From Adineta ricciae (Eukaryota): a DNA stretch of 33,694 bases. A model generated the notes under the pieces. It did no database searches, was not told the DNA's origin, and saw nothing but the letters and a program-made list of their open reading frames with translations. The stretch lies in NCBI GenBank assembly GCA_905250025.1, contig CAJNOJ010000319.1:48964-82657 (forward strand), read 5' to 3'. The translations under genes and the position numbers were made by a program. Shown piece after piece: positions 10,783 to 21,522 of the stretch; within the stretch, counting starts at the first letter, position 1; every line of letters starts with the position of its first letter.

Positions 10783-10836
10783 CTTGTTTTCTTTCTGTCT
10801 ATGTATTATGTTTTTATTTCGAAAAAAGAAAATCAT

Positions 10837-12084
10837 TTATTTTTCAATTGAAACTTTTTTTTTATAATTTTCATAAATCGATTGAATTTCTTCTGAAGAA
10901 ATAATTTGAGATAAATGTTGAAATGGATTTGGAGAACGATGATCAATAATACGAAGAATTTCATCAGGTCCATATTGACGTGCTAAAAGAACCATTCGAT
11001 CAGTTAAAGGATGACGAATACTTTCATAATGTTCAAGTGCTTTATTAGTAATTCCATGAAGAATAAATGATCGATATAATTGTTGAGCATCTAAAATAGC
11101 TTGTGAAGCTCCATTACCTCCATTTGGATACATAGGATGTGCGGCATCACCTATTAATGTTACACAATTAAATGTCCAACGAGGTATTTGATCACGATCG
11201 GTGATTGGAAATTGATTTATATTCATTGATGATTTGATTAATTGTTCAATATCAATGAAATCCAATTTCATTTCTTGAATTAATGGAAGAAAATCTTGAT
11301 GATTACCTTTGTTTGTCCAATCAATGGAATTTAATGATAATGAAGATGAATTTGTTTCATTTTGAATTCTCAAAACACACGCCCAATTAATTAAATTATT
11401 TGATAAAGGATATAAAATGAAATATTTCGTATCTGGATTTCCCATACAAATCATTGTTTTTCCATCAAGATAAGTATTTTCTTGATAAGTTATTCCACGC
11501 CAAATTTGAAGACCTTTCCAAACCGGTAAACCTTCATTCGGATAAAAAATTTTTCTCACACTTGAATTGATTCCATCAGCACCAATTAAAATCTTTGTTT
11601 GAATCACTTTGATTTTATTGATTTTTGTATTTAAAAATTTCAATTCAATTAGATTTGATTTTTCATTAAATTCAATTAATTTATGAGAAAGTTGAATAGT
11701 CGATGGAGAAGTTAATTTTTGTAATTGATAAAAAAGTATTTGATGTAAATATCCTCGATGTACTGAATACATTGGATGAGAATAACCTCCATCTAAACCT
11801 CGAAGATCTTCAAAAATGAATTGACCATGACGAGAATAAAACAACGCTTTTTTTGTTTGAATTCCAACTTGATTTAATTGATTTTCTAATCCAAGTTCAT
11901 AAAGACATTTTACGCAATATGGTTGAAGATTTAATCCAAATCCAACTGTATCAATATGTTCCGATTGTTCAAATAAACGAAGTCGAACATTTAAACGACT
12001 TAAATATAATGCTGTTATTAATCCACTGATTCCTCCGCCAATGATTGTTATATCAATAATATCATCATTGTCAACTGGATTCAT
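10837..12084 (-). CDS. Class A FAD-dependent aromatic monooxygenase (salicylate hydroxylase / UbiH-like, FAD_binding_3 type); single exon
   Basis: 415-aa intronless ORF. It has an N-terminal dinucleotide-binding fold IIGGGISGLITALYL...LFEQ, a DG motif GADGINSSVRK and a C-terminal GDAAHPMYPNGGNGASQAILDA FAD fingerprint. It is convergent with the type III PKS, with only the tRNA between them. Confidence 0.85.
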   Translation of the reverse strand: MNPVDNDDIIDITIIGGGISGLITALYLSRLNVRLRLFEQSEHIDTVGFGLNLQPYCVKCLYELGLENQLNQVGIQTKKALFYSRHGQFIFEDLRGLDGGYSHPMYSVHRGYLHQILFYQLQKLTSPSTIQLSHKLIEFNEKSNLIELKFLNTKINKIKVIQTKILIGADGINSSVRKIFYPNEGLPVWKGLQIWRGITYQENTYLDGKTMICMGNPDTKYFILYPLSNNLINWACVLRIQNETNSSSLSLNSIDWTNKGNHQDFLPLIQEMKLDFIDIEQLIKSSMNINQFPITDRDQIPRWTFNCVTLIGDAAHPMYPNGGNGASQAILDAQQLYRSFILHGITNKALEHYESIRHPLTDRMVLLARQYGPDEILRIIDHRSPNPFQHLSQIISSEEIQSIYENYKKKVSIEK

Positions 12085-12975
12085 TGATTCTCTGAGTGCG
12101 TTTCATTCACTTTTTTACGTATATATCCAATGATACTCTTTTCTCTTTTTTTTTCTTCTGTTCTGTGGATGTGATATGAAGAATGAAGGAAGAAAAAATA
12201 CAACGAAGTATCAATACTGTGGATGTCGCAATCGAACGATTCAATTTCTTCATTTTTTTTTTCGAATAGATTTCTTAGTCTAAGTTTACAAATTATTCGA
12301 TTTAACTGAAAGATATAATCGAACATTAAGTTCTACGCGTAATACATAGGAAAAGAATTTATTCGGAAATCCAAACATGAAAAGATGATTTCTTTTTCTA
12401 ATTCACATTTATTCATTCTCTTGTTTACCTTCTTTTCCAATCGTCGTAGTCAAATGTCTCCCTGGAGATTTCGACAATGGAATCCGTGACATTTTCGAAT
12501 AAATTCCTGTCGGATCCGATCGTTGAATCATTTATCTTCGGATGAAATATCAAATGAATTGTTCGAAGAATAACTTCTATTTCATAGGAATTTTACCAGA
12601 AGTACATCGAATATTTACAATCGAACGTTCATATTCTCTGTCATTGAATAATGTTTATTTTACAATGTGTTCTTTTGATTATCATATCAGATGTTAAAGA
12701 TATTTGCTCAGTAAACCATCATTCTGACTGTTCTTCAATAATTCCATTGTCATATTGATTATGTTATTAGTTTGTGCACAACTTTGTCTTGATTTTAAAA
12801 AACTATAATGAAATGCATTTATGTGAAGCTTTATAATTAACAAAAACATTCCATAATGTACCACATTGACTATTTCATTAGTTTGTGCAATAACTCAATG
12901 TGAAAATCAAATGCGTCTATTTCTTCTTGTTTATTTCCCCTTTTCTTTTGCATGAAAACTCATACATGATCGTCG

Positions 12976-15900
12976 ATGGTTCATAAAAGTTTTCAAATGA
13001 AACAAGCAGATATTTCCACTTTATCATCACCATTGAATGGTAAAATAATTGTACTCGAACTTGGTTATGAAATCAGTTTGAAAAGTAAACAAGAATTAAT
13101 GAAATATTTACGAGAAAAACAAGCACGTATTTCATATATATTGACATCCAGTGTATGCTCACATTGAGTTTTCTATTGATCATATATTTAAAATTGATTT
13201 CTTTAGACTGATTATGTTTTATCTACAAATAATGTCGATACTTACAAAATACGTCGTGCTAAACAACTTGGTTTACCAATAGTTGATGTTGAATATATAT
13301 GGAGATGTCGTTCTTTGTCATCTGATCAAAAACAAATTGATATTAATCAATTTATTATCAAATCAACGGAAGATCAAGAAAATTTTAGAAAAACGGGCAC
13401 TATTTCCGTGAGAAATATTTGTAATTCGTGTTCGATAGGAAGATCTCGAACGAATTTAACTCAAATGAAATTGTGGAATTCTGATGAAGTCGGTTTACCT
13501 CGTTTTGATGAATTAACTCATTGTGAAATTGGTAAATGGGCCATTTTTAAAGTAAATTTTCTATTTTATGATTTTCATAAATTTTTTCTTTTGTAAATAA
13601 TAGGAAACTAATGAAACTTTCGATGTATTTTTTGTTCTTGAACTTCAAGTTATTCCTGAACAATACTACGATCAAACAACAAGTGATTATCGATTAAGAT
13701 TTCGATATGAAAAACGTATTATTGATCAAACAGTGTTAATACAATATGCATTTAGTAATGATTCAAATGAACAACAACAATTATTTGCATCATATTATGA
13801 TCGAATAGCTAAAATGCCACGTATAACACGAATTCGTGAAATATTACATAATCAATTAGGATCAAAATTATTATTACGTGTAAATAAATAGGATTTAGAG
13901 AAAAAAGAAGAAAAGGAAAAATCAATTTGTATTTTTAGTCATTATTTACTCATTGTATTGATACACAAATACTCGATGCAAATGTGTGTCAATTAATCGA
14001 ATCACTTTGGTTGGAATCAATTGGTGATTTAAATCAAATTCTAAGTATAAAACCTGAATCATTTACTCTTAAAACGGTATTTACAAATATATTTATATGA
14101 ATTTATCAATTGAAATTATTAAATAGATTATTGAAGCTGAAGCTGCATTACTTGAACTCAAATTGACCAATGATCCTGCTGTTGCAGATCGTTTTTATTC
14201 ATTAATACCCCATCGATCACAGTATCATATTGATCTTATTAAGAATCGTCGAATATTGATTGAAAAACTCGACTTGTGTCAAGTAAAATTGTTTTTTTAA
14301 ATTTCTTCTCTTTTCTTTCTCAATTCTCTTATTCAGATGCTTCGAGATATGTTAACAGTCAATGAACTAACTAATTGGAATGTAAAAGCATCAATTGAAG
14401 CAAAATATCGAGCATTGAAATGTCATATTGAAACAATGTCAAATTCAACATCGGAATTTAAGAATATTGTGAATCTCATTCAATCATCCAGAAATAGGTG
14501 AGAAAATTGTACATAAAACAATTTTCTTCTTATTTATATAATTATAGTAATGAACAAATTGTTATTCATAATGTATTCAATGTCGTTAAACAGACAGATA
14601 CTCTCAATTTTTGTACAAAATTATCCAATCAACAACAACTTTTTCACGGATCAAAATATTCAAATTTCCTCGGAATTCTTTCACGGTAAAATATTCGTTT
14701 TATTCTTTAGAAAAGATTTTAATATTCCGATGATTATATGTATAAAGAGGTTTATCTATGCCAAAAATGGTAGTTGAAGAATTAGGTGTTGATCGCACTG
14801 ATATTGGTTGTCTTGGACATGGAATTTACTTTTCTAATTCTGTTTCAACATCTTTAAAATATACAACAGCAAGTACAGTACGATCAGGTCGTCGTTTATT
14901 ATGTATTTGTCAAGTGGCACTTGGTGAATCAGCTGATTATTATTCATATTCACCAACACTCATCAAACCTCCTGATGGTTTTCATAGTACACATGGAATT
15001 AAACAAACTGAAGATAATCATTCAATATTTAATGTAAGTTTCAATGAAAAATGAGAATCAATCTGAGAATATTTTCTAAATATTGTGATATGTAGGATGA
15101 TGAATATGTAATTTATCAAGTTGATCAACAACGTTTACTCTACATTGTAGAAGTTTCATGGATATTAAAAAATGAAATTAATATTGAATTAGAACGATTA
15201 TCAATTATTCATGATGAACAAAATCTATTTAAAACAAATGAAATTCCTACGATATTAATCGATGATGATAAAATTACTGAAATAGCTGAACAAGATTATG
15301 GTTTAATATGTTCATCATCAAGACAACTTGTTCCACTTAAATCATTTCATATTCGTGCTCAAATTATCGATACTACAGTTGAAGTAATTCGATCGATTTT
15401 TCTATTGAATTCATTTCTCATATATTTCTATTTGATTTCAAAAACAAAAGGTTGTTCTCTATCAAGTTTATCAAAATCCAAGTTCAATTCCAATTGAAGC
15501 CAAATATGTATTTCCTCTTGATGAAAATTCAATTGTTTGTGGTTTTGAAGCACATATCAATAATCAAATTATCAAAGGTATTGTTAAAGAAAAACAACAA
15601 GCGAAACAAGAATATAAACAAGCTATTGAAAAAGGTCATGGTGCTTATTTAATGCATCAAGAAGAAGCACAAGTATTTAGTGTTGCTGTTGGGAATTTAC
15701 CAGGTCATAATGAAGTTATTATTAAAATAACTTATGTTGCACAATTAGACATTGAAAATGGTGATATTATTTTTCGTTTTCCTGCTAAAATGGCTTCATG
15801 GCAATCGAAAAAAGCGATCGAAAACAAAGATCAATCAATTTTACGATCGATTAGTATTATCGATGAAAAAGTTCAATTTAGTTTGAAAGCATCAATTCGA

Positions 15901-17601
15901 ATGCCATATGAAATATCGAAATTATTTTCACCAACACATCGTCTTCGTCGAAAATTAACTGATTGTACAGCTATGATTGAACTTGTTGATAAGATTTTAT
16001 TTGATCAAGATTTTATTCTTTCAATAACACTTAAGAATCCTAATTTACCTCGAATATCAAATGAAACATCGAATAACGATGATTCTCAAGTATCGATGCT
16101 CACATTTTATCCACAATTTCAAACATTAATGAATTCAAACGAACAAATTGAAATTATTTTCATTGTTGATGTGTCAAATTCAATGGATGACAGTCAGACA
16201 CAACAAGCTAAACAATTAATTCATTTGTTTCTTATGAATTTGAAAGTTGATGATGAAAAAACATATTTTAATGTCATTTTTTTTGGATCAGGTAAGAAAA
16301 GACAATTGTCAAGTGTTATTTTATTATTTAAATTATCAATATTCATTTAGATAATGATGAATGTTTTCCTATTTCAATGTCAACAAAGAAAGAAAATCTG
16401 GATAAAGCCAAATATTTTGTTCTTGTGAGGATAATTTCTCTCTTTTTAATCAAATTTTCGTCTATTGAAATTTTAGCATTCACCTGTTCATCGTGGGAGT
16501 ACAAATCTATTTGCTGTTTTTCATCGTTATTCATTATTACCATCAACATTATCATCGAATTTCGGTCGTCAATTTATTTTATTATCTGATGGACATATTC
16601 ACGATCTTAATTCGATTCTTATTTTACTTAAACATCACCCAACTATGCAACATGATCGTTTATTTACATGTTCAATTGGTAATATCGCAAATAAACATAA
16701 TTTAAAACAATTGACTAATGAAGCAAATGGAGGTGGTTTATTCACAATATTTGATTCAAATTATCGATCAAAATGGAAAATAAAAGTATTGAATATTCTC
16801 GATAAGATTCACCAACCATGTATTACAAATATATCAATTGATTGGCATGGTTGTTTCAATAAAGAACAAAAGTTTCATATACAAGCACCAAAAAGAATTC
16901 GATCTTTGTTTAATGGAATGCGACTTACTGTTTATCGATTCATAGAAAATTGTCATAAGGCAACATTAACAGCTATTGTAAATGGACAAGAATTTGTTAC
17001 AACTGTATTTAGTAGTTCAATGACAACTAACAAAGGAAATATTTTACATTGTTTAACTACACGAGCGATCATTGATGATTATGATAATGGTCTATGGAAT
17101 GTCGATGAAAGTGAAAATGAATTAATTAAAATTCAATATAAACGAGATCTTATTGACCTTAGTATTAAACATTCTGTTATTAGTCCATACACTAGTTTTG
17201 TTGCCATTGAAGAACGTAATATTCAAATCGATCAAAATCATTCATCTTCGATTAGAAATGTTCGTTTACTTGATATTATGCTTGAACGAGATGAGGATTT
17301 ATTACCCTATATGAGTTGGGATGGTGATGTATCAAATTTGACTTTAATCAAACAAAACTTAGCCGATGCACGTCTTTTACTTCAATGTGCATCGTTTCAG
17401 AGTAAAAAGGAAACAATTGCTGATATTGAAAAACTTTGCCAAAAAATTTCGTATCGAACAGGTGGAGATGAAAAATTCAATGCAATGATGACGATCATAC
17501 GTACATATCGTTATTCATTGAGTGAATACGATCAAGCAGATGAAATTGAAGAGAAAATGCGACATGGTATCTCATTTGATTTATTAATAATATATATTTA
17601 A
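12976..17601 (+). CDS. Vault poly(ADP-ribose) polymerase (PARP4/vPARP)-like multi-exon gene: BRCT, PARP catalytic, VIT and vWA domains
   Basis: There are many short introns. A BRCT-like start runs about 12976-13330 (LNGKIIVLELGYEIS...IRRAKQLGLPIVDVEYIWRC). The PARP catalytic exons run about 14100-15130, with the H-Y-E triad in LFHGSKYSNFLGILS, GIYFSNSVSTSLKY and DDEYVIYQVDQQRLLYIVEV. The VIT domain runs about 15440-15980 (VVLYQVYQNPSSIPIEAKYVFPLDENSIVCGFEAHINNQIIKGIVKEKQQAKQEYKQAIEKGHGAYLMHQEEAQVFSVAVGNLP). The vWA exons run about 16140-16900 (IIFIVDVSNSMDD...). The TAA stop is at 17599-17601. A possible extra 51-bp intron (17567..17617) plus the exon 17618..17718 could extend the C-terminus by about 33 aa. 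Individual exon boundaries were not all resolved. Confidence 0.75.
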
Positions 17602-17883
17602 TCGAAAAAATCAATAGATATTATCATCGAAATGATTAATGCAACAGAAGAAGAACGACAAATATTGGAACAACAATGTTTCGCGAATAATTTAATAATC
17701 TCAAGCGATCAATTGTAAATCAAAGACAAATCTTTTTCGGAAAAAAAAATCAATATTCGTTTGTCTTTTAGTAAATTATTGGCTGAACATAATTCCACAG
17801 ACTTTTCAATTGCGAATAATACTAAAATAAGTGTACGTGAGTGAAACTGTAAGACGAAGAATTCTTCTATAGAAATACTCTAG

Positions 17884-18391
17884 GCTGATCAATTGACTGA
17901 AGAACAAATAGCTGAATTTAAAGAAGCGTTTTTTCTATTTGATAAACATGGTGATGGTACAATTACAATAAAACAATTAGGTACCGTAATGCGTAGTCTT
18001 GGTCATAATCCAACTGAAATTGAATTACAAGATATGATCAATGAAGTTGCTGCTGATGGTACGATTTTAATCAATCAAATTTGATTTGCTTCATTTGTTT
18101 TTGTATTGTCAGGTAATGGTACAATTGATTTTCCTGAATTTTTAACAATGATGGCACGTAAAATGAAAGATACTGATTCAGAAGAAGAAATTCGCGAAGC
18201 ATTCAGTGTTTTTGATAAGAATGGTGATGGAATTATATCAGTTGACGAATTTCGGTAACGAAAGAAAGGCAAATGTGCAAATTTATTTATTCTGTTTCTT
18301 TCTTTTTAAAGTCATGTTATGACAAATTTGGGTGAAAAACTCACCGATGAAGAACTTGATGAAATAATTCGTGAAGCAGATGTTAATGGAG
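17884..18391 (+). CDS. Calmodulin-derived EF-hand exons (3 exons: 17884..18058, 18113..18254, 18312..18391); the initiator-ATG exon is unresolved
   Basis: The translation is [133 protein letters not shown]. This is very similar to calmodulin. The introns sit where calmodulin introns are expected, including a first exon that would contribute only the ATG. The Ca-binding loops EF1 (position 12 is Q), EF2 (position 1 is A) and EF4 are non-canonical. Confidence 0.7.
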
Positions 18392-18461
18392 GTATAGACC
18401 TTTTTTTTGTAACCAAAACCCACTGAAATGAATGTTAAAACATGTTATGTTGTGATTTGAG

Positions 18462-19337
18462 GTGTCGATTTGATGGCGTTATTTGGTTCGTATAACCATG
18501 CAACTGATAAATCTGTATCGACTCCCGATAAGTCAAAATCATACGAACGATCTGAGAACATAGAAATATCTCCAAAAATCTTATCATTTGATGGTGAGAG
18601 AGAGGAAAATCTGCAATTTTCTGCAAATGAATCGAAAACTTCATTTTCAGCCAGTTCAGTATGTACATTTTCCATGGAACTTTTTTAAATAAAAATGTTA
18701 TTAACTTTTAGAGAGAACATAATGAGGATGACTTAATAACATTAGCGTCTAAAAGTGTTGAATCAAAATTCAATGTTTGTCCACTTAGTCTTGGAATAGA
18801 AGATATTTATGGTAATATGCATACACTTATTCATCGTAATACAACGATTCCAGTACAAACACAGTTTCATCAAATATTCACAAATGCTTATGCGTATCAA
18901 ACATCAGTTAATATTCGTATATTTGAAGGTGAACATAAACTTACAAAATACAATGTATGTAGTATTGGAACTTCAGAAACTTTTTGAATACAATCGTCCT
19001 CTATATTATAGATGTTTTTGGATGAATTTAGTCTTTCTGGTTTAACAAATAATTTGTTTGATCAAACACTTAAAATAGGCGTTCGTATGAATATTGATGT
19101 CAATGGAATACTTCGTGTTGATGCTGAAGAAGCTTGTTCAGGAGCAAAAGCATCATTTATTCTTTCTTCTGATAAGCCAAGTTCGAGAATTACTTTATAT
19201 GTTCCATATTATCATTGAATGTCATTTATATTTCTATAGGAATGAGCAAAGAAGATATTGAAAAACATATGACATTTGTAGAAAGTTATACAAATTCTAT
19301 AGTTGATGATGATAAATCCAATGATTCATTATATCCG
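18462..19337 (+). CDS. Linker exon plus Hsp70 substrate-binding-domain (SBD)-like exons, phase-compatible with the upstream calmodulin-like exons (18462..18658, 18712..18954, 19012..19180, 19240..19337)
   Basis: REHNEDDLITLASKSVESKFNVCPLSLGIEDIYGNMHTLIHRNTTIPVQTQ...IRIFEGEHKLTKYN matches the Hsp70 SBD-beta block (PLSLGIE...RNTTIP...Q..F.T...VYEGER..TKDN). ...NIDVNGILRVDAEE matches the Hsp70 block DIDANGIL.VSA. ...GMSKEDIEKHM matches the Hsp70 block GRLSKEDIERMV. No Hsp70 ATPase domain is encoded upstream. Confidence 0.55.
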
Positions 19338-19403
19338 GTTTGCATTAGTTTATTTATCTTTATATAAAGTTTAACATTTCACTTTGTTTTTATCTTTTCT
19401 CAG

Positions 19404-20178
19404 CTTGATGGTCAAATTACAAATATAACACATACTTTTTCTGACAAATTGGACACTTCATTCGGTAATTTATTCTTATTTACTATTTTATTGTAATGAT
19501 ATATAAATTTAGATCAAAAAGTTAACGTAACATTTCTTCGAAAAATGAAAGACATTCAATCAACAACAACAATCATTGAACAATTGCTAAAACTTCAATC
19601 TGAAGTAGAAATTTCATAAAATATATTTCTTACTTTCTATTTTATTCGAATCTATAGGATGGTTCATTTAGATTGAATTCCAATTTAGCTGATGTGTTTC
19701 GTATTGATCCTAATAGTTTAAATCATATTGAAATCTATTTAAATAAACAAGGTTTTAATTTACTTGGTAAGATCCAATGATTTTGTTTTTCACCAATATG
19801 AAATTTTTCCTATTCTAAGCTTTGAATATACAAAATGAAATTTATCATTTAATTGGTACGGGTATCGTTCTTCTTTGGTTTATACTTCAACTACCATCTC
19901 TACATCAGTATACAAACCAATTTTTATCCAACATCGAACAAATCGAAGTGAATGAGATTCTTTTTCGAACTATTTATTTTATATTCGAACTGTTTTGTCT
20001 TTAAATCTTTAAGATTGATCTTTGCAACTTTTTTCCTGATAACATAATTGAACATATTAACAAAGCGATTGAATTCTACCGACAAACAAGTCAACGTGAT
20101 GATATTTATTGTAAACAATTGGGATTGGATGATTCATCATGGAATATATTTATTCAACGTATATTTATCGGACTTTGA
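19404..20178 (+). CDS. vPARP/PARP4 C-terminal (MVP-interaction-region-like) tail exons (19404..19464, 19513..19604, 19658..19766, 19820..19947, 20014..20178; stop TGA)
   Basis: KMKDIQSTTTIIEQLLKLQSE|DGSFRLNSNLADVFRIDPNSLNHIEIYLNKQGFNLLG|ALNIQNEIYHLIGTGIVLLWFILQL...|IDLCNFFPDNIIEHINKAIEFYRQTSQRDDIYCKQLGLDDSSWNIFIQRIFIGL* aligns by eye with the extreme C-terminus of vertebrate PARP4 (LLSLQTEDGFWKLTPELG...SFLKQKGIQSLGVKGRECLLDLIATMLVLQFIRTRL...NIPWAFEAIKQASEWV...ICPRLELGNDWDSATKQLLGL). All splice phases are continuous with the Hsp70-SBD-like exons upstream. Confidence 0.6.
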
Positions 20179-20647
20179 CAATGTTAATCACTAACCGATC
20201 ATTGGAATTGATTTTTCTTTCTAAACTTGAATTACATCAAGAATAACTCTCATCTTTCTCGTTTTCAGATCAAAGATGTGAATGTAAGTGTAAGGTGAAG
20301 ATTAACTCATCAATGTGTTACCTGAAAACGTTTTTACTAAGTGAGTTCCGCCCATAAAACCTATTCCATTTAATGCAAAATTAAATTCTAAAACAAATAG
20401 ACTAAGTTTTACAGACTAGACACGACCTATTTAGTAAAATCATTTTAAGCTAATATATCGTTTCGTCAGCTTAATTTCACACTGATAGCGAAAGTTTATG
20501 ACGTAGATGTTCGTCACCGACAAGAGAATCCACTCACTTTTTCTGACATTTTGTCAACATATCGTTTAAAGTTGATATGAAGAATGAGACAAATAGTGGA
20601 CTTCACCATTCAACAACTCATTTTTCTTATATCTTCTTTCTTAAAAA

Positions 20648-21418
20648 ATGAAACAATTCTTTATGGTATTTTTAATTATCATGTTGAATATAAAGAAGAA
20701 TGAATTGAAATGTCTTCAAGCTTGGAATGGAAGTGGAACAGGTGCATGGTATCGTGTAGATACAATTTGTAATTCTTCATTTATCTCAACAGAACTCGTC
20801 AATTGTTTACCAACGATTATTTTACCTTCAAATTTAACAGCGTTTAGTGATGGATTTTATATCAGTTTAGGAGTTTTCAATCGTTTCAATGGAGTTTCGC
20901 TTGATATTGGTTTAACATTCGATTTGGGGAAAAATCGTTGGTTTTCTTACGGAAATGATCGACTGGGATGGAAGTCCGGAAGTATTTCAATTGATTCCAA
21001 TGAAAATCGTTGTATTAATGTTTCTTTAAGTATTTTTAACGATTATATTCATTATATTATTCGAAACTCGAATGGTTCAATTGTTTTAGGTGAAGATAAA
21101 TTTTATTCATTTCAAATTGATCCTCTATTGAATTTAACAAAAAATAATTCTGATTCATTTGGATTTTATCGTTTTGATAGTATTGCTCAAAGTAAAGAAA
21201 CATTGAAAAGTGGTTCTCAACTTATTCATGCGCAAATGTTCAATTGGACGCTAAAGTTTTCTTCAGGAGAAATTCTTCCAGCTAATGAATATAATATTGC
21301 TAAGAATATTAGTGGTTATTCACCAGGTATATGTTGTTCTAATCAAGAAATAAAAACGATTGAAATTCATCAACAAATCAAATGGAATCAATCGGATATA
21401 TCGATTCGATATATTTAA
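20648..21418 (+). CDS. Intronless secreted, heavily N-glycosylated protein of unknown function
   Basis: 256-aa ORF with N-terminal hydrophobic signal MKQFFMVFLIIMLNI, at least 10 N-x-S/T sequons and a C-terminal CC pair. It has no recognisable domain. The coding potential is judged from ORF length in an AT-rich background, where stops are frequent. Confidence 0.4.
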   Translation: MKQFFMVFLIIMLNIKKNELKCLQAWNGSGTGAWYRVDTICNSSFISTELVNCLPTIILPSNLTAFSDGFYISLGVFNRFNGVSLDIGLTFDLGKNRWFSYGNDRLGWKSGSISIDSNENRCINVSLSIFNDYIHYIIRNSNGSIVLGEDKFYSFQIDPLLNLTKNNSDSFGFYRFDSIAQSKETLKSGSQLIHAQMFNWTLKFSSGEILPANEYNIAKNISGYSPGICCSNQEIKTIEIHQQIKWNQSDISIRYI

Positions 21419-21522
21419 TAATCCAAATACTTCGAATTTCTAAATTTTATGAAATTATTTTATTTTCAATATTTTAATTCAATGACAGAATTACAATATT
21501 TAGATTTTCGAATAAAATGTTG

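Noticed and set aside
17618-17883. Possible direct in-frame fusion of the vPARP-like ORF to the calmodulin-like exon via a short exon (17618..17714)
   Set aside because: The sequence is CAATTGTAAAT, with a single G. Either the frame hits TAA at 17716-17718, or the GT donor leaves phase 2, which gives TGA right after splicing to 17884. Therefore the vPARP body and the calmodulin-like exons cannot be joined this way.
18392-18461. Alternative reading in which the calmodulin-like gene simply runs through to a stop ([11 protein letters not shown])
   Set aside because: This alternative is not fully rejected. The position matches the conserved calmodulin intron site, and a GT...AG 70-bp intron leads in phase into a 65-codon open exon. 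I therefore favoured the spliced model, but only transcript data can decide.
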